From a virus (Duplodnaviria; Caudoviricetes): DNA of 60,596 bases. The stretch spans positions 1 to 60,596 of IMG/VR virus record IMGVR_UViG_3300024308_000030. One strand, written 5' to 3'. How positions within the stretch are numbered: the stretch's first letter is position 1; each line of letters begins with the position of its first letter. The notes beneath the pieces are model-generated. The model was not told the DNA's origin and did no database searches. It was given only the letters and a program-made list of their open reading frames with translations. This document shows, piece by piece, positions 29,365-37,934 of this stretch. A program made the position numbers and the translations under genes.

Positions 29365-32309
29365 GCGGTCTTGTCCTCCACCACGTCCTGCACGGCGCGA
29401 ACCGGAGAGCTGCCGAACATCGGGTGGTTGAGGTCCAGTACCCAGCACGGCACCTGGGCGCTGTGCCACTTGGTGCCCTTGCCCAGCACCACCCGACGGG
29501 AGTCTTCCAGCAGGGCTCCGCTGTCGGTCAGCGACTTCTGCACCATCTTGGCGTCGATCTGCTGGTCGGCGCAGAACTTGCGGAAGTGCGCCCGGTCGAT
29601 CATCACTCGACCGTGCCAGACCTCGACCCTGATCCGCAGCTCGGCGACCGGCTCGATCAACGTCATCGGGACCGCCGTGCCTTTCGGGTCGTCGCGCAGC
29701 GACAGCGTGTTGCGGATGTTCCGGTTCATGTACTCGGCCACGGTGGTGATCGGAGTGCGGCTGCCTTCCTCGACGACGACGCGCATGTTCTGGATGGTCC
29801 GCACGGCGAAGGCCGCCAGGCGGTCGATATCGCAGTTGGTCAAGCCGATGTCGTTGGCCAGCTCGAAGCCGGTGAGGACGCACGCGGGCGCGGCCGACCA
29901 GAACCGCTCGCCGCTGGACACGTTGGCACGCTTGTCGATCTCGCGGCTCCAGTACTTGACCCGGTCCCGGGCCCACGCGTAGCGCTGCAACATGGCCAGG
30001 ACGTACGCCGGCGCGGCCACGCCGTAGTGATCGTTCAGCGCGTCGAAAGTGTCGTCGGCTTCCTCCTTGGTCAGCGTGCCGTCCGGCAGGCCGTACTCGA
30101 ACACGCGCACCGACTCGGCCGACGAGTCCCCCTTCAGGTTGGCCAGCCGGCCGTGCAGTCCGGCGTTGGATGTGGTCAGCATCATGGTCTGCCAGTTGCC
30201 GTGGTTCTCCTGCGACTCGCCGGTCTGCTTCAGGCGCTGGCGCCCCTGCCCTTTGGAGATGGCGTAGCACAGGTCGGACAGCACGTCCGGCTCCAGGTTG
30301 GTGATCTCGTCGTAGATCACCGGCAGGTTGTTCATCACGCCGAGCATGCCGTAGAACGCGCGCTGGGTGTCGTGCTGCAGGTCGATCCACCCCGACTTCT
30401 TGTGGCCCCAGATCGATGCTGCGCACATCGCCGCGCTCGACTTGCCGCAGCCCTTGGAGCCCACGAGGGACACGATCATGCCGTTGTAGTTGGTCATGTG
30501 GAACAGCGGCGCCGCGAAGCCCACGCCGAAGGCGAACTGGAAACCCTCCATGCCCGGGCGCTCGTAGACCGAGACGATCTTCTTCCACTGCTCGACGTCG
30601 CCGCGCGTGCGGTGCTTGTCCCACGACAACGCGTTGGCGATGGAGGCGCTGGGCTTGACGGTCTCGTAGCCGGTGGCCGTGACGACGCGATCGGGCAGCA
30701 CGAACTGCTCGTTGCTGCGCCAGCCCAGCTGGGCGTAGATGGTGGTGGATTTGCTGCGACGCTGCAGCTCGCGGATATAGGCGACCATGTATTGCACCAA
30801 GTCATCGATCATGCCCGGGTCGGGCATCACGCCCACCGACCCCAGGGCGCCGGCCAGCCGGCGTCGGTCGTACATCAGACCGGTCTGCAGCTGGAATTCC
30901 TGTTCCCCATCCTTGGGCAGCCACCGTTTCAGGACCACGCGGTAGCCCTGCTCGCGCTCGTCGAATATCAGGCGCACCGGATAGACGTCGAACTCGTAGA
31001 TCTCGACCTCGCTGACGCCGTCCTCGTTGTCCTCCATGCGCACGATGCGGGCCTTGTTGGTCTCTGGGTTGACCGCGCGCTTGTACGGCGCTGGCGGGTC
31101 GGGCAGGTCGATCTCGACCTCGTTGCCCTCCAGGCTGATCACGGTCTTCGGCGGCGCGACGGCGAGCATCTCCCGCCCGAGCACGATGGGGCTCTTGATC
31201 TTGCCCTGGTGTGGGCAGCCCTGGCAGCCGCCGGGCCGGTGGTTCTCGAACGACGTGCACAGGCTGGGGCCGTAGCCGCCGGCGACGTGCTGGTCGATCT
31301 TGGCATCCGTGGCCACCGCCGAGTAGTCGGGGTGTTTACGGGACAGTAGGTGCACCGCCTCGGCGCCCCGGGCGCAGTGTCGGATCACGCCGACCATCGC
31401 GTACCACGAGGACTGGTCGACCTCACCCTGGTGGCTGGCCTGCCACTTCAGCTGCTGGCACCGCGACACGACTTTCTTGGCGTCGGCTTCGGTGTAGCCC
31501 GAACCGATACCCGAGGTGGCACCTGCGTTGATGTCCACGGCTGCGCCTGCTGCGTCAGGCCGCGTGCCGCCGATGGTGGGCGCTACGGTGGTAGCGGGTT
31601 CGCGCTCGCGACGCTCCTGCGAAGCCGTAGGGGCTTTCAGCTGGGCCGACTCGGCGATCTGGGCGATGCGTTTCAGGAACGCGTTCGTGGTTGTGACCTG
31701 CCCCTCGACCACCACCTTCACTTCGCGCGGCTCGCCGGTCTTCCAGTTGTAGGTGCCCACCGGGCGCAGCACGCTGGCGTAGTCGGCGGTGCGCGACGGG
31801 TCTTGCTTGAGACCCCAGCTCTTGGCGATGGCCTTCAGCAGGTCGGCGTAGTGCTTCCACTTGTCGCAGTCCAGCTCTTCGGTCAGCGGCCAGTAGACGT
31901 GGATGCCGCCGCCGCTGTCCACCAGGTAGGGCTTGGGCAGCTGCATGGCGCGGCAGAAGTCGCGCAGGTGGGCGGCGGCTTCCTTCTTGGTGGCGTAGTT
32001 CTTCGGGTCCGGTTTGACGTCGAGGTCGAACCAGAACGCCTTCAGCTTGGCGATGTTGTCGCCCTTGCGCGCGCCCTTCTCGCGCTTTTCCTTCAGCGAC
32101 CCCAGGGCATAGAACACGTTCTGCGGGTCGTGGTGATCGATCGACAACCCCTCAGCCTGGTCGGCTGCGGACTGCAGGTCGTCGTGGAGAAAATGCTTGT
32201 ACGTGTGAACTGTCTGTTGGGTCTGCTTGTCGATGAAACTGATGGGTATCGCTATCAGGTATGGCCCTTGCGCAGGCCATACCAAGCGGAGGAATTCTGA
32301 AGTTTCCAC
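29361..32309 (-). CDS. primase-helicase (AEP/RepB-like primase + Cys-rich domain + DUF927 helicase)
   Basis: 'FWFDLDVK', 'VDSGGGIHVYW', 'SVLRPVGTYN', Cys cluster 'CQGCPH', Walker A 'GSKGCGKSS', 'IYDEIT'. Confidence 0.88.
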   Translation of the reverse strand: METSEFLRLVWPAQGPYLIAIPISFIDKQTQQTVHTYKHFLHDDLQSAADQAEGLSIDHHDPQNVFYALGSLKEKREKGARKGDNIAKLKAFWFDLDVKPDPKNYATKKEAAAHLRDFCRAMQLPKPYLVDSGGGIHVYWPLTEELDCDKWKHYADLLKAIAKSWGLKQDPSRTADYASVLRPVGTYNWKTGEPREVKVVVEGQVTTTNAFLKRIAQIAESAQLKAPTASQERREREPATTVAPTIGGTRPDAAGAAVDINAGATSGIGSGYTEADAKKVVSRCQQLKWQASHQGEVDQSSWYAMVGVIRHCARGAEAVHLLSRKHPDYSAVATDAKIDQHVAGGYGPSLCTSFENHRPGGCQGCPHQGKIKSPIVLGREMLAVAPPKTVISLEGNEVEIDLPDPPAPYKRAVNPETNKARIVRMEDNEDGVSEVEIYEFDVYPVRLIFDEREQGYRVVLKRWLPKDGEQEFQLQTGLMYDRRRLAGALGSVGVMPDPGMIDDLVQYMVAYIRELQRRSKSTTIYAQLGWRSNEQFVLPDRVVTATGYETVKPSASIANALSWDKHRTRGDVEQWKKIVSVYERPGMEGFQFAFGVGFAAPLFHMTNYNGMIVSLVGSKGCGKSSAAMCAASIWGHKKSGWIDLQHDTQRAFYGMLGVMNNLPVIYDEITNLEPDVLSDLCYAISKGQGRQRLKQTGESQENHGNWQTMMLTTSNAGLHGRLANLKGDSSAESVRVFEYGLPDGTLTKEEADDTFDALNDHYGVAAPAYVLAMLQRYAWARDRVKYWSREIDKRANVSSGERFWSAAPACVLTGFELANDIGLTNCDIDRLAAFAVRTIQNMRVVVEEGSRTPITTVAEYMNRNIRNTLSLRDDPKGTAVPMTLIEPVAELRIRVEVWHGRVMIDRAHFRKFCADQQIDAKMVQKSLTDSGALLEDSRRVVLGKGTKWHSAQVPCWVLDLNHPMFGSSPVRAVQDVVEDKTA

Positions 32310-32338
32310 TGTGATCTCCCGACTGCCGAACTGTCAGC

Positions 32339-32644
32339 TTAGCAGGACGGATTGTTCTGTAGTGCAACTTCCAGTTCGTGCAGCCGGACGGCCGCAGTGA
32401 ACTCCTTCAGGTTCGTGTAGAGATCGACCTTGGCATGAACTTTGTTCAGGCGCTCGATTTTGTCGATGACGGGCCCGGCGATGTGTCGGTAGGCGCCGTG
32501 CTCGTAGTCGCCGGTCATCCACCGGTTCAGGGCGGTCGGCGACACGCGGAGCAGCGACGCGGTGGCGCGGTTGGACAGGCTGACGTTCTTGTGGAACGCC
32601 ACCACCAGGGCGACGAATGCGGCCATTTCTTCTTCGTTGAGCAT
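32339..32644 (-). CDS. HTH DNA-binding protein
   Basis: 'LSNRATASLLRVSPTALNRW' XRE-like HTH. Confidence 0.7.
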   Translation of the reverse strand: MLNEEEMAAFVALVVAFHKNVSLSNRATASLLRVSPTALNRWMTGDYEHGAYRHIAGPVIDKIERLNKVHAKVDLYTNLKEFTAAVRLHELEVALQNNPSC

Positions 32645-32659
32645 GACTATCTCCCAGTC

Positions 32660-32687
32660 AAAGAGCGGCGGGGATTGCCCCCGCCGC
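32660..32687 (-). terminator. putative intrinsic terminator
   Basis: minus strand GCGGCGGGG-GCAAT-CCCCGCCGC-TCTTT after SSB. Confidence 0.6.
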
Positions 32688-32695
32688 GAACACCA

Positions 32696-33751
32696 TCAGT
32701 CCCAGTCGGACCCGAACACGCTGTCCAGGTCGGCGTCGCCACCGGCCACGGCCCCCGTGTCGTGCTCAATGGTAACCGGCTCTGCTTCCTCGGCCGGTTT
32801 CTCCTTGCGGGTGCGGGCCTTCTTCGGAGCCGCTTCCGCTTTCTTCGGCGCCGGATCACCGAAGCCGTCATCGTCGTCCTCTACCGCGGCAGGCTGCGGC
32901 GCAGGTTTCGCCTTGACCTTGGCCGCCGGGGCAGCGGGTTCGTCGAAGCCGTCATCGTCGTCCTCGACCTGCTGCACAGGAATGCGTTCCGGCTCGGGTT
33001 CCTTGACCGGCTTGAGGCCGGCGGCCGGCAGCTTGCCACCCGGCACGCCGGCGGTGTCACGCGCTTCCTGGCTGTCGTAGCGAGCCTGGGCGTGTGCGTA
33101 CTCCTCCTCGGTGAGGTAGTCCAGCGGGCGGAACTTGATCAGCGGGAACGTCTGGTCGGTGTCGAACGAGAACTCCACCACCACGGCGTTGTACGGCACC
33201 GGCGGGTTGACGGAGTTCAGCTGGTTGATCAACGAGCCGAACCCTTTGAGGGACGCAGCCGGGATCTGCAGCTGGTACAGTTTGCCGTCTTCCAGGCGGT
33301 TGCGCGGCGCGACGGCAATGCGCTTGCTGTCGCCGCACTTCTTGCCCTTCTTGCCGGTCTGCGGGTTGATGTAGGAACCCCACTCGTTGTTGGGGCAGCC
33401 GGCGCAGTTGTCGCACTGCTTGTTCTTGGAGTCGGCGCGCGGGGTGATGCCGTCGTCGCTGGAGCAGTCCGGGGCTTCCGGCTCCTGGCCCGGCTTCCAG
33501 GGGTTGGCGTAGAAGGTCTTGGTCACGTGGTCGTTGGCGCGGACGATGACCAGGGCCAGGGCGTTCTTCTCGAAGACCTTGACCTCGTCGCCGCCCTCCA
33601 CCAGGCGCCACTTGGAACCCTTGATGCCCAGCTTGTTGATGGACACGCCACCGCCAGTGCCGGCCGCGGCGCCTGCGTTGATGGCAGCCGCATCGGCGCC
33701 GCGCAGGTGGGCGGGAAGTTGACGTTCAAACAAAGCGATTTCGGTGCTCAT
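32696..33751 (-). CDS. ssDNA-binding/annealing protein (putative)
   Basis: 'PDCSSDDG.TP...C..CP.N.WGS' phage motif; acidic tail ending 'FGSDWD'. Confidence 0.7.
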   Translation of the reverse strand: MSTEIALFERQLPAHLRGADAAAINAGAAAGTGGGVSINKLGIKGSKWRLVEGGDEVKVFEKNALALVIVRANDHVTKTFYANPWKPGQEPEAPDCSSDDGITPRADSKNKQCDNCAGCPNNEWGSYINPQTGKKGKKCGDSKRIAVAPRNRLEDGKLYQLQIPAASLKGFGSLINQLNSVNPPVPYNAVVVEFSFDTDQTFPLIKFRPLDYLTEEEYAHAQARYDSQEARDTAGVPGGKLPAAGLKPVKEPEPERIPVQQVEDDDDGFDEPAAPAAKVKAKPAPQPAAVEDDDDGFGDPAPKKAEAAPKKARTRKEKPAEEAEPVTIEHDTGAVAGGDADLDSVFGSDWD

Positions 33752-33779
33752 GCAGTAGTGCTCCTTTCAGGCACGGGGG

Positions 33780-34187
33780 TTACTTGGCGCTGGGGCGCCG
33801 GATGTTGATGGTGCGCTCGACGCTGGCGTTGACACCAGGCGGCAAGGCCCCGTCGTTGTTGGTCATGTAGTCCTTGAGGACGGTGGTACTGACCCGGAAT
33901 TGCAGCAGCTCCACCTCCCCGGTCTCGCGGATGAATTCCGCCAGGACGCCCTTGTCGGCCACGCTGGCCTTCAGGTTCTGGGTGGTGTAGACGGTGCCGG
34001 TGGACAGCTTCATGCTGGCGCCTTCGCCCATCTCGTTCAGTTGCTGCATCAGGAACGATTCGCCTTTGGCGTACTGCTCCAGCAAGGCTTTGTCTTTCTC
34101 CTCGAACTCGCGCTTCAGTGCTTCGCGCTTGTCGCGGATCTCGACCATCTTGGCAACCACCTTTTCGTTTTTGCTCAGCTCGCTCAT
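33780..34187 (-). CDS. conserved phage replication-module protein
   Basis: coiled N-terminus, 'STGTVY', 'LPPGV' motif; upstream of SSB. Confidence 0.7.
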   Translation of the reverse strand: MSELSKNEKVVAKMVEIRDKREALKREFEEKDKALLEQYAKGESFLMQQLNEMGEGASMKLSTGTVYTTQNLKASVADKGVLAEFIRETGEVELLQFRVSTTVLKDYMTNNDGALPPGVNASVERTINIRRPSAK

Positions 34188-34215
34188 GGGGGAGTCCCTC
34201 GTACTGTGTAGCTAA

Positions 34216-34245
34216 AGTATACTGACAATGGAACTAGTGCGTCAA
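34216..34245 (-). promoter_or_regulatory. putative sigma70 promoter
   Basis: minus strand TTGACG-N18-TATACT upstream of 34187. Confidence 0.6.
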
Positions 34246-35828
34246 GTTGCCAACCCGACTTCTTTTTTGTACAGCGACAGGACGCTGTCCTGCATGTGGG
34301 CCTTGCCCTCCAGGGCCGCGTAGAGTTTCCGCTCCAGGGCGTTGGCGGCGATCATGGCCACGGTCATGTTGTGCTTCTGGCCCGGGCGGTTCATCCGGTT
34401 GTTCGCCTGCTCGAACGTCTCCAGGCTGAAGATCGGCGCGTACCAGATAGTGGTGTCCGCAGCAGTCATGGTCAGGCCGTGCGACGTGGTCTTAGGGTGG
34501 GCCACCAGCACCCGCGGGTTCTCCTGGTTCTGCATCTCGAAGAAGATCCGCTTGCGCTCGGTCGGCGACGTGTCGCCGTCGACGGTCTCGACGGTGTAGC
34601 CCTTCTTGCGCAAGTGCTCGGCGACCATCCTCAGCGCTGCCTTGAAGGGCACGAAGACGAGCACCTTCTTGCTGGCCTCGCCAATCAGCTCTTCGACCAG
34701 CTGCAGCCTGGGCGCTGCGTCGATAGCGTACGACCCACCGGCGCCGTCGTAGATCGTGCCCACGCCAACCTGCAACAGCTTCTGGAGCTTGACGGCGGCA
34801 TTCGCCGCGGTGACGTTGGCGCCGCCCACGGAGGCCACGAGCTCGTCGTGCATCTCCTTGTAGACCCGGTTCTGCTCGGCGCTGAACGCGCAGTCGCGCA
34901 TCTGGAAGGTGACCGGCGGCATGTCCTTCAGGCAGTCTTCCTTCTTGAACCGAATGCCGGGCTGCAGCAGGTTGTACGCCTGCTGGTAGGCGTCCGCCTT
35001 GGGCACCCACTTGTACTGGGTCAGCTGCAGCATGACCTGGCTCTTGAACGTGTTGAAGTACTTCGGCGCCTGGGGGTTGCGCATCAGCCTGGCCAGGGCC
35101 CAGGCATCGGTCGGTGCGTTGGGGCACGGGGTGCCGGTCATCAGCCAGACGTAGTCGGTCGGGCGCATCAGCGAATTGAGCGTGGCGTAGCGGTCGGTCT
35201 TGGCGTTGCGGTATCCCTCGGCGGCCTCGTCGACGATCCACAGGTTGATGTCCTTGCGTGCCTCCAGCTCGCGGTAGATCGACTTCAGCCCGTCGTGGTT
35301 GATCACGTAGAAGTCGACGTCGCTGGCCAGCAGCTTACGCCGGCGCTCCTTGTCGCCGACCAGCACGGCCACGTTGCGGGAGAACAGGAAGTGCTGCCGG
35401 ATCTCGTTGGCCCAGACGGCGTCGGTGGTGGACAGCGGCGTCACGATGATCGCCTTCTTCACCATGCCCCTGGACATCATGTAGTCGGCGGCCCACAGCG
35501 CGCTGAGGGTCTTGCCGGTGCCCATGTCGTTGAGGCAAATGCAGCGCTGGTGCAGCGTGAGGAACTCCGACGTGACGATCTGGTGGTCGAAGGGCTGCGG
35601 CACCTTGTTCTCGTTACGCGGCCAGTGGTAGCTGTAGCGGATCGGGGCCGGGGCGTTGTACCCCAGGTTGCGCAGCACCTTGGCCTCGTCAATGCCCAGC
35701 TTGACCTGCACGTGGGGTTTGTCGTTGAACATCACGACCCGGGCGCGGTCGCCAGGGATGTGGTCGGTGATCCGTTCCGGGTCGCGTACACGGAGAATCA
35801 GGCTCTTCGACTTCTCGTGGTACTGCAT
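34242..35828 (-). CDS. SNF2-family (SF2) helicase
   Basis: 'DMGTGKT', 'IVDEA', 'MTGTP', 'HGLTMTAA', 'QANNRMNRPGQ'. Confidence 0.92.
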   Translation of the reverse strand: MQYHEKSKSLILRVRDPERITDHIPGDRARVVMFNDKPHVQVKLGIDEAKVLRNLGYNAPAPIRYSYHWPRNENKVPQPFDHQIVTSEFLTLHQRCICLNDMGTGKTLSALWAADYMMSRGMVKKAIIVTPLSTTDAVWANEIRQHFLFSRNVAVLVGDKERRRKLLASDVDFYVINHDGLKSIYRELEARKDINLWIVDEAAEGYRNAKTDRYATLNSLMRPTDYVWLMTGTPCPNAPTDAWALARLMRNPQAPKYFNTFKSQVMLQLTQYKWVPKADAYQQAYNLLQPGIRFKKEDCLKDMPPVTFQMRDCAFSAEQNRVYKEMHDELVASVGGANVTAANAAVKLQKLLQVGVGTIYDGAGGSYAIDAAPRLQLVEELIGEASKKVLVFVPFKAALRMVAEHLRKKGYTVETVDGDTSPTERKRIFFEMQNQENPRVLVAHPKTTSHGLTMTAADTTIWYAPIFSLETFEQANNRMNRPGQKHNMTVAMIAANALERKLYAALEGKAHMQDSVLSLYKKEVGLAT

Positions 35829-35898
35829 GCAGTCTCCTGACGACGTGTTACTATTTGAACGGGGGCCTGCTCAGCCCCTCGCACTGTGATTTCCCCGG

Positions 35899-36138
35899 CT
35901 ACGGCCGGGGCTTTTTCTCCAGGCTCATCTTCTGGTCCAGCTTGTGCAGCAGCGTGCCGGCCAACATGGTCGTGATGATCTGCATGAACCGCTCACGCTT
36001 GGCCGCTCCGACGAACGCCGTGTCCATGAACCCCTTGAACGTCATCGAGGCGCGCTCGCCGGTGGGTTCGGAGGCGTGAACCTCGATGCTGCCATCGTCG
36101 AAGTGTTCGGTCCACCAGCGTATCGGCAAGCGCCTCAC
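35899..36138 (-). CDS. hypothetical protein
   Basis: GTG start overlapping VRR-NUC stop. Confidence 0.5.
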   Translation of the reverse strand: MRRLPIRWWTEHFDDGSIEVHASEPTGERASMTFKGFMDTAFVGAAKRERFMQIITTMLAGTLLHKLDQKMSLEKKPRP

Positions 36139-36494
36139 GACCACGCGTGAATCCACTTCGCCTTGGTGCCCTTGGCTGTGCACTTCGCCACGCCCACGCG
36201 TGCTTGGGGTGTTTCGAGCCATCGTTCCAGATCTCCCAGGTTCATTTCGTTGATGACCAGCGTGCTACCGCCGGCCGCGTCTATCTCTGCCAGCCGCACC
36301 CACTGCAGCGCAGTCGGCACGCCGTCGCCTGCCTTGGCTTCGAGGCCCAGGTAGCGGCCGTAGTGGCAGATGGCGAAGTCCGGCGTGCCGTTGGTGGCGT
36401 AGCCGGTCATGACGGGCATCGTGTAGTAGGCCCCGTACTTCTTCAACAGCTTCTTGATCTTGTCCTTGACCTTCGCTTCAGGTGTCGCTGCCAT
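36135..36494 (-). CDS. VRR-NUC domain nuclease
   Basis: 'TPEAKVK', 'GTPDF', 'LEAKA', 'PTALQ...IDAAGG'. Confidence 0.88.
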   Translation of the reverse strand: MAATPEAKVKDKIKKLLKKYGAYYTMPVMTGYATNGTPDFAICHYGRYLGLEAKAGDGVPTALQWVRLAEIDAAGGSTLVINEMNLGDLERWLETPQARVGVAKCTAKGTKAKWIHAWS

Positions 36495-36906
36495 CGATCT
36501 TCTCCCACAGGCTGTCGTCTTCTTCGGCGTTATTGGGGTTGCCCGGGTGCGTGCAGTCCGGACACGGAGCGCAGCCGGTGTGGCAGCTGCAGCCGTTGCT
36601 CTCGTGGCGGTAGTCAAACGCCAGCTTGGCACCTTCATCGGTCAGTCGGTAGCCGTACCGGTACGGCCGTTGCGGCGGCTTGATGTCCCAGCCGCACAGC
36701 TCGCCCAGGGCGAACGCGGCCAGTAGGGATTCGCACGGCTCGCTTCGTCTGCCGCGATATCGAGCGACCCATTTATCCCCTGCGGCTATCAGCCAGTGGT
36801 TGTTCATGCGGGGTACGTGCGGGCGGAAGTAGCTGTGGCCATCGACGTGAGCCGCGTTGCGGAATCCCGCGGCCTCGATCACCTTGACCTGCTCCTCGAA
36901 GTCCAT
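36478..36906 (-). CDS. array-family domain fused to Cys/His-rich tail
   Basis: MDFEEQVKVIEAAGF...CESLLAAFALGEL plus 'CSCHTGCAPCPDCTHP'. Confidence 0.6.
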   Translation of the reverse strand: MDFEEQVKVIEAAGFRNAAHVDGHSYFRPHVPRMNNHWLIAAGDKWVARYRGRRSEPCESLLAAFALGELCGWDIKPPQRPYRYGYRLTDEGAKLAFDYRHESNGCSCHTGCAPCPDCTHPGNPNNAEEDDSLWEKIDGSDT

Positions 36907-36908
36907 GG

Positions 36909-37583
36909 TCAGGCCCTCTTCGGCTTCCAGTGCTCGCAGCGGGTGACCGGGCACCAGCCGCGGCACAGGCCGGACGGCTTGGGCAGGAACACGCCGCGGT
37001 CGTAGGCCGCCTTGAGCATCCGGTACTTGTCCTCGTACACCATCCACAGCGCGTAGAGGTTGTTGCGGAAGTAGCTGATGGGCGCCGTGATCTGGTGGAC
37101 GGCGAGCCACACGTAGCCGCAGCGCACCTCCTTGATCTCCGGGTAGTGCTCCATGATCAGCAACGCGTACAGCAGCAACTGGGTGGTGTCGGTCTTGACC
37201 TTGCCGGTCTTCCAGTCGAACACCTCGGCCACGCCGTCGTCGCGCAGGATCAGCACGTCGATCTTGCTGCGCACCCACACGTCCTTGTCGAAGAACCCCG
37301 TGGGCTTCTTGTCGATGGTCAGGGCGAACTCGCCCTCGATGACCTTGGTGCCAGGGCGGCGCGCCATCCAGGCGGCCTCCTTGGCGAACGGCTTGAGGTT
37401 GGACGGCAGCGGGGTGCCGTCACGCACGAACTCCTCCAGCCCCTTGTGGACCTCGTTCCCCCAGCGGGTGGCGTCGGTCTCCTCGAACTTGACCTCCTTG
37501 GTCACGTACTTCGCTTCGTACTGCACGCCGCACGTCTCGAACGTGCTCATGCTGGTGTGGCTCCACGCGATGACGTCGCTCAC
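36909..37583 (-). CDS. PD-(D/E)xK (Cas4/RecB-like) exonuclease
   Basis: 'WSHTSMSTFETC', 'GNEVH', 'IDVL', 'DWKTGK', 'QLLLYA', C-terminal 'C..WC....C'. Confidence 0.88.
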   Translation of the reverse strand: MSDVIAWSHTSMSTFETCGVQYEAKYVTKEVKFEETDATRWGNEVHKGLEEFVRDGTPLPSNLKPFAKEAAWMARRPGTKVIEGEFALTIDKKPTGFFDKDVWVRSKIDVLILRDDGVAEVFDWKTGKVKTDTTQLLLYALLIMEHYPEIKEVRCGYVWLAVHQITAPISYFRNNLYALWMVYEDKYRMLKAAYDRGVFLPKPSGLCRGWCPVTRCEHWKPKRA

Positions 37584-37750
37584 TCTTGCGCCTCCCGGAC
37601 CAGTCCGAAGTCAGCCCAGAGCGCTTCGCGGCGCTCGCAGTCCAGGCATTCTCGGAACTTGTAGCTGTGGTAGTAGACCCAGGTGTGCTTGCCCGGGCAG
37701 GGAGCGCGGCTCTCGTCGCGCTCCCAGATCGATTTACTGGTGGGCTGCAT
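37580..37750 (-). CDS. 56-aa Zn-ribbon-like protein (not in ORF track)
   Basis: read by hand: MQPTSKSIWERDESRAPCPGKHTWVYYHSYKFRECLDCERREALW...; fills the gap, stop overlaps next start. Confidence 0.55.
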   Translation of the reverse strand: MQPTSKSIWERDESRAPCPGKHTWVYYHSYKFRECLDCERREALWADFGLVREAQE

Positions 37751-37934
37751 GGCGTAGCGCCGTGATCCGCGCCTCGAGCTTCTGGGCCCGGGCCTGGAAT
37801 TTCTGCTTGGTCGCCGGGTCTTTGGTCAGGTCGATCAGCCCTTCGACGGAGAGCAGCAGCGCCTCCAGCTTGCGCGCCATGCGGGCGTTCTCCAGGTCCA
37901 CGGTTTTACTTCGCATCTGCATATCGATCTCCAA
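37734..37934 (-). CDS. small coiled-coil protein
   Basis: 66-aa ORF in operon. Confidence 0.5.
   Translation of the reverse strand: MEIDMQMRSKTVDLENARMARKLEALLLSVEGLIDLTKDPATKQKFQARAQKLEARITALRHAAHQ

Noticed and set aside
36909-37583. Cas4-like nuclease as CRISPR-associated
   Set aside because: It sits in a standard phage replication/recombination module; no cas genes or array.
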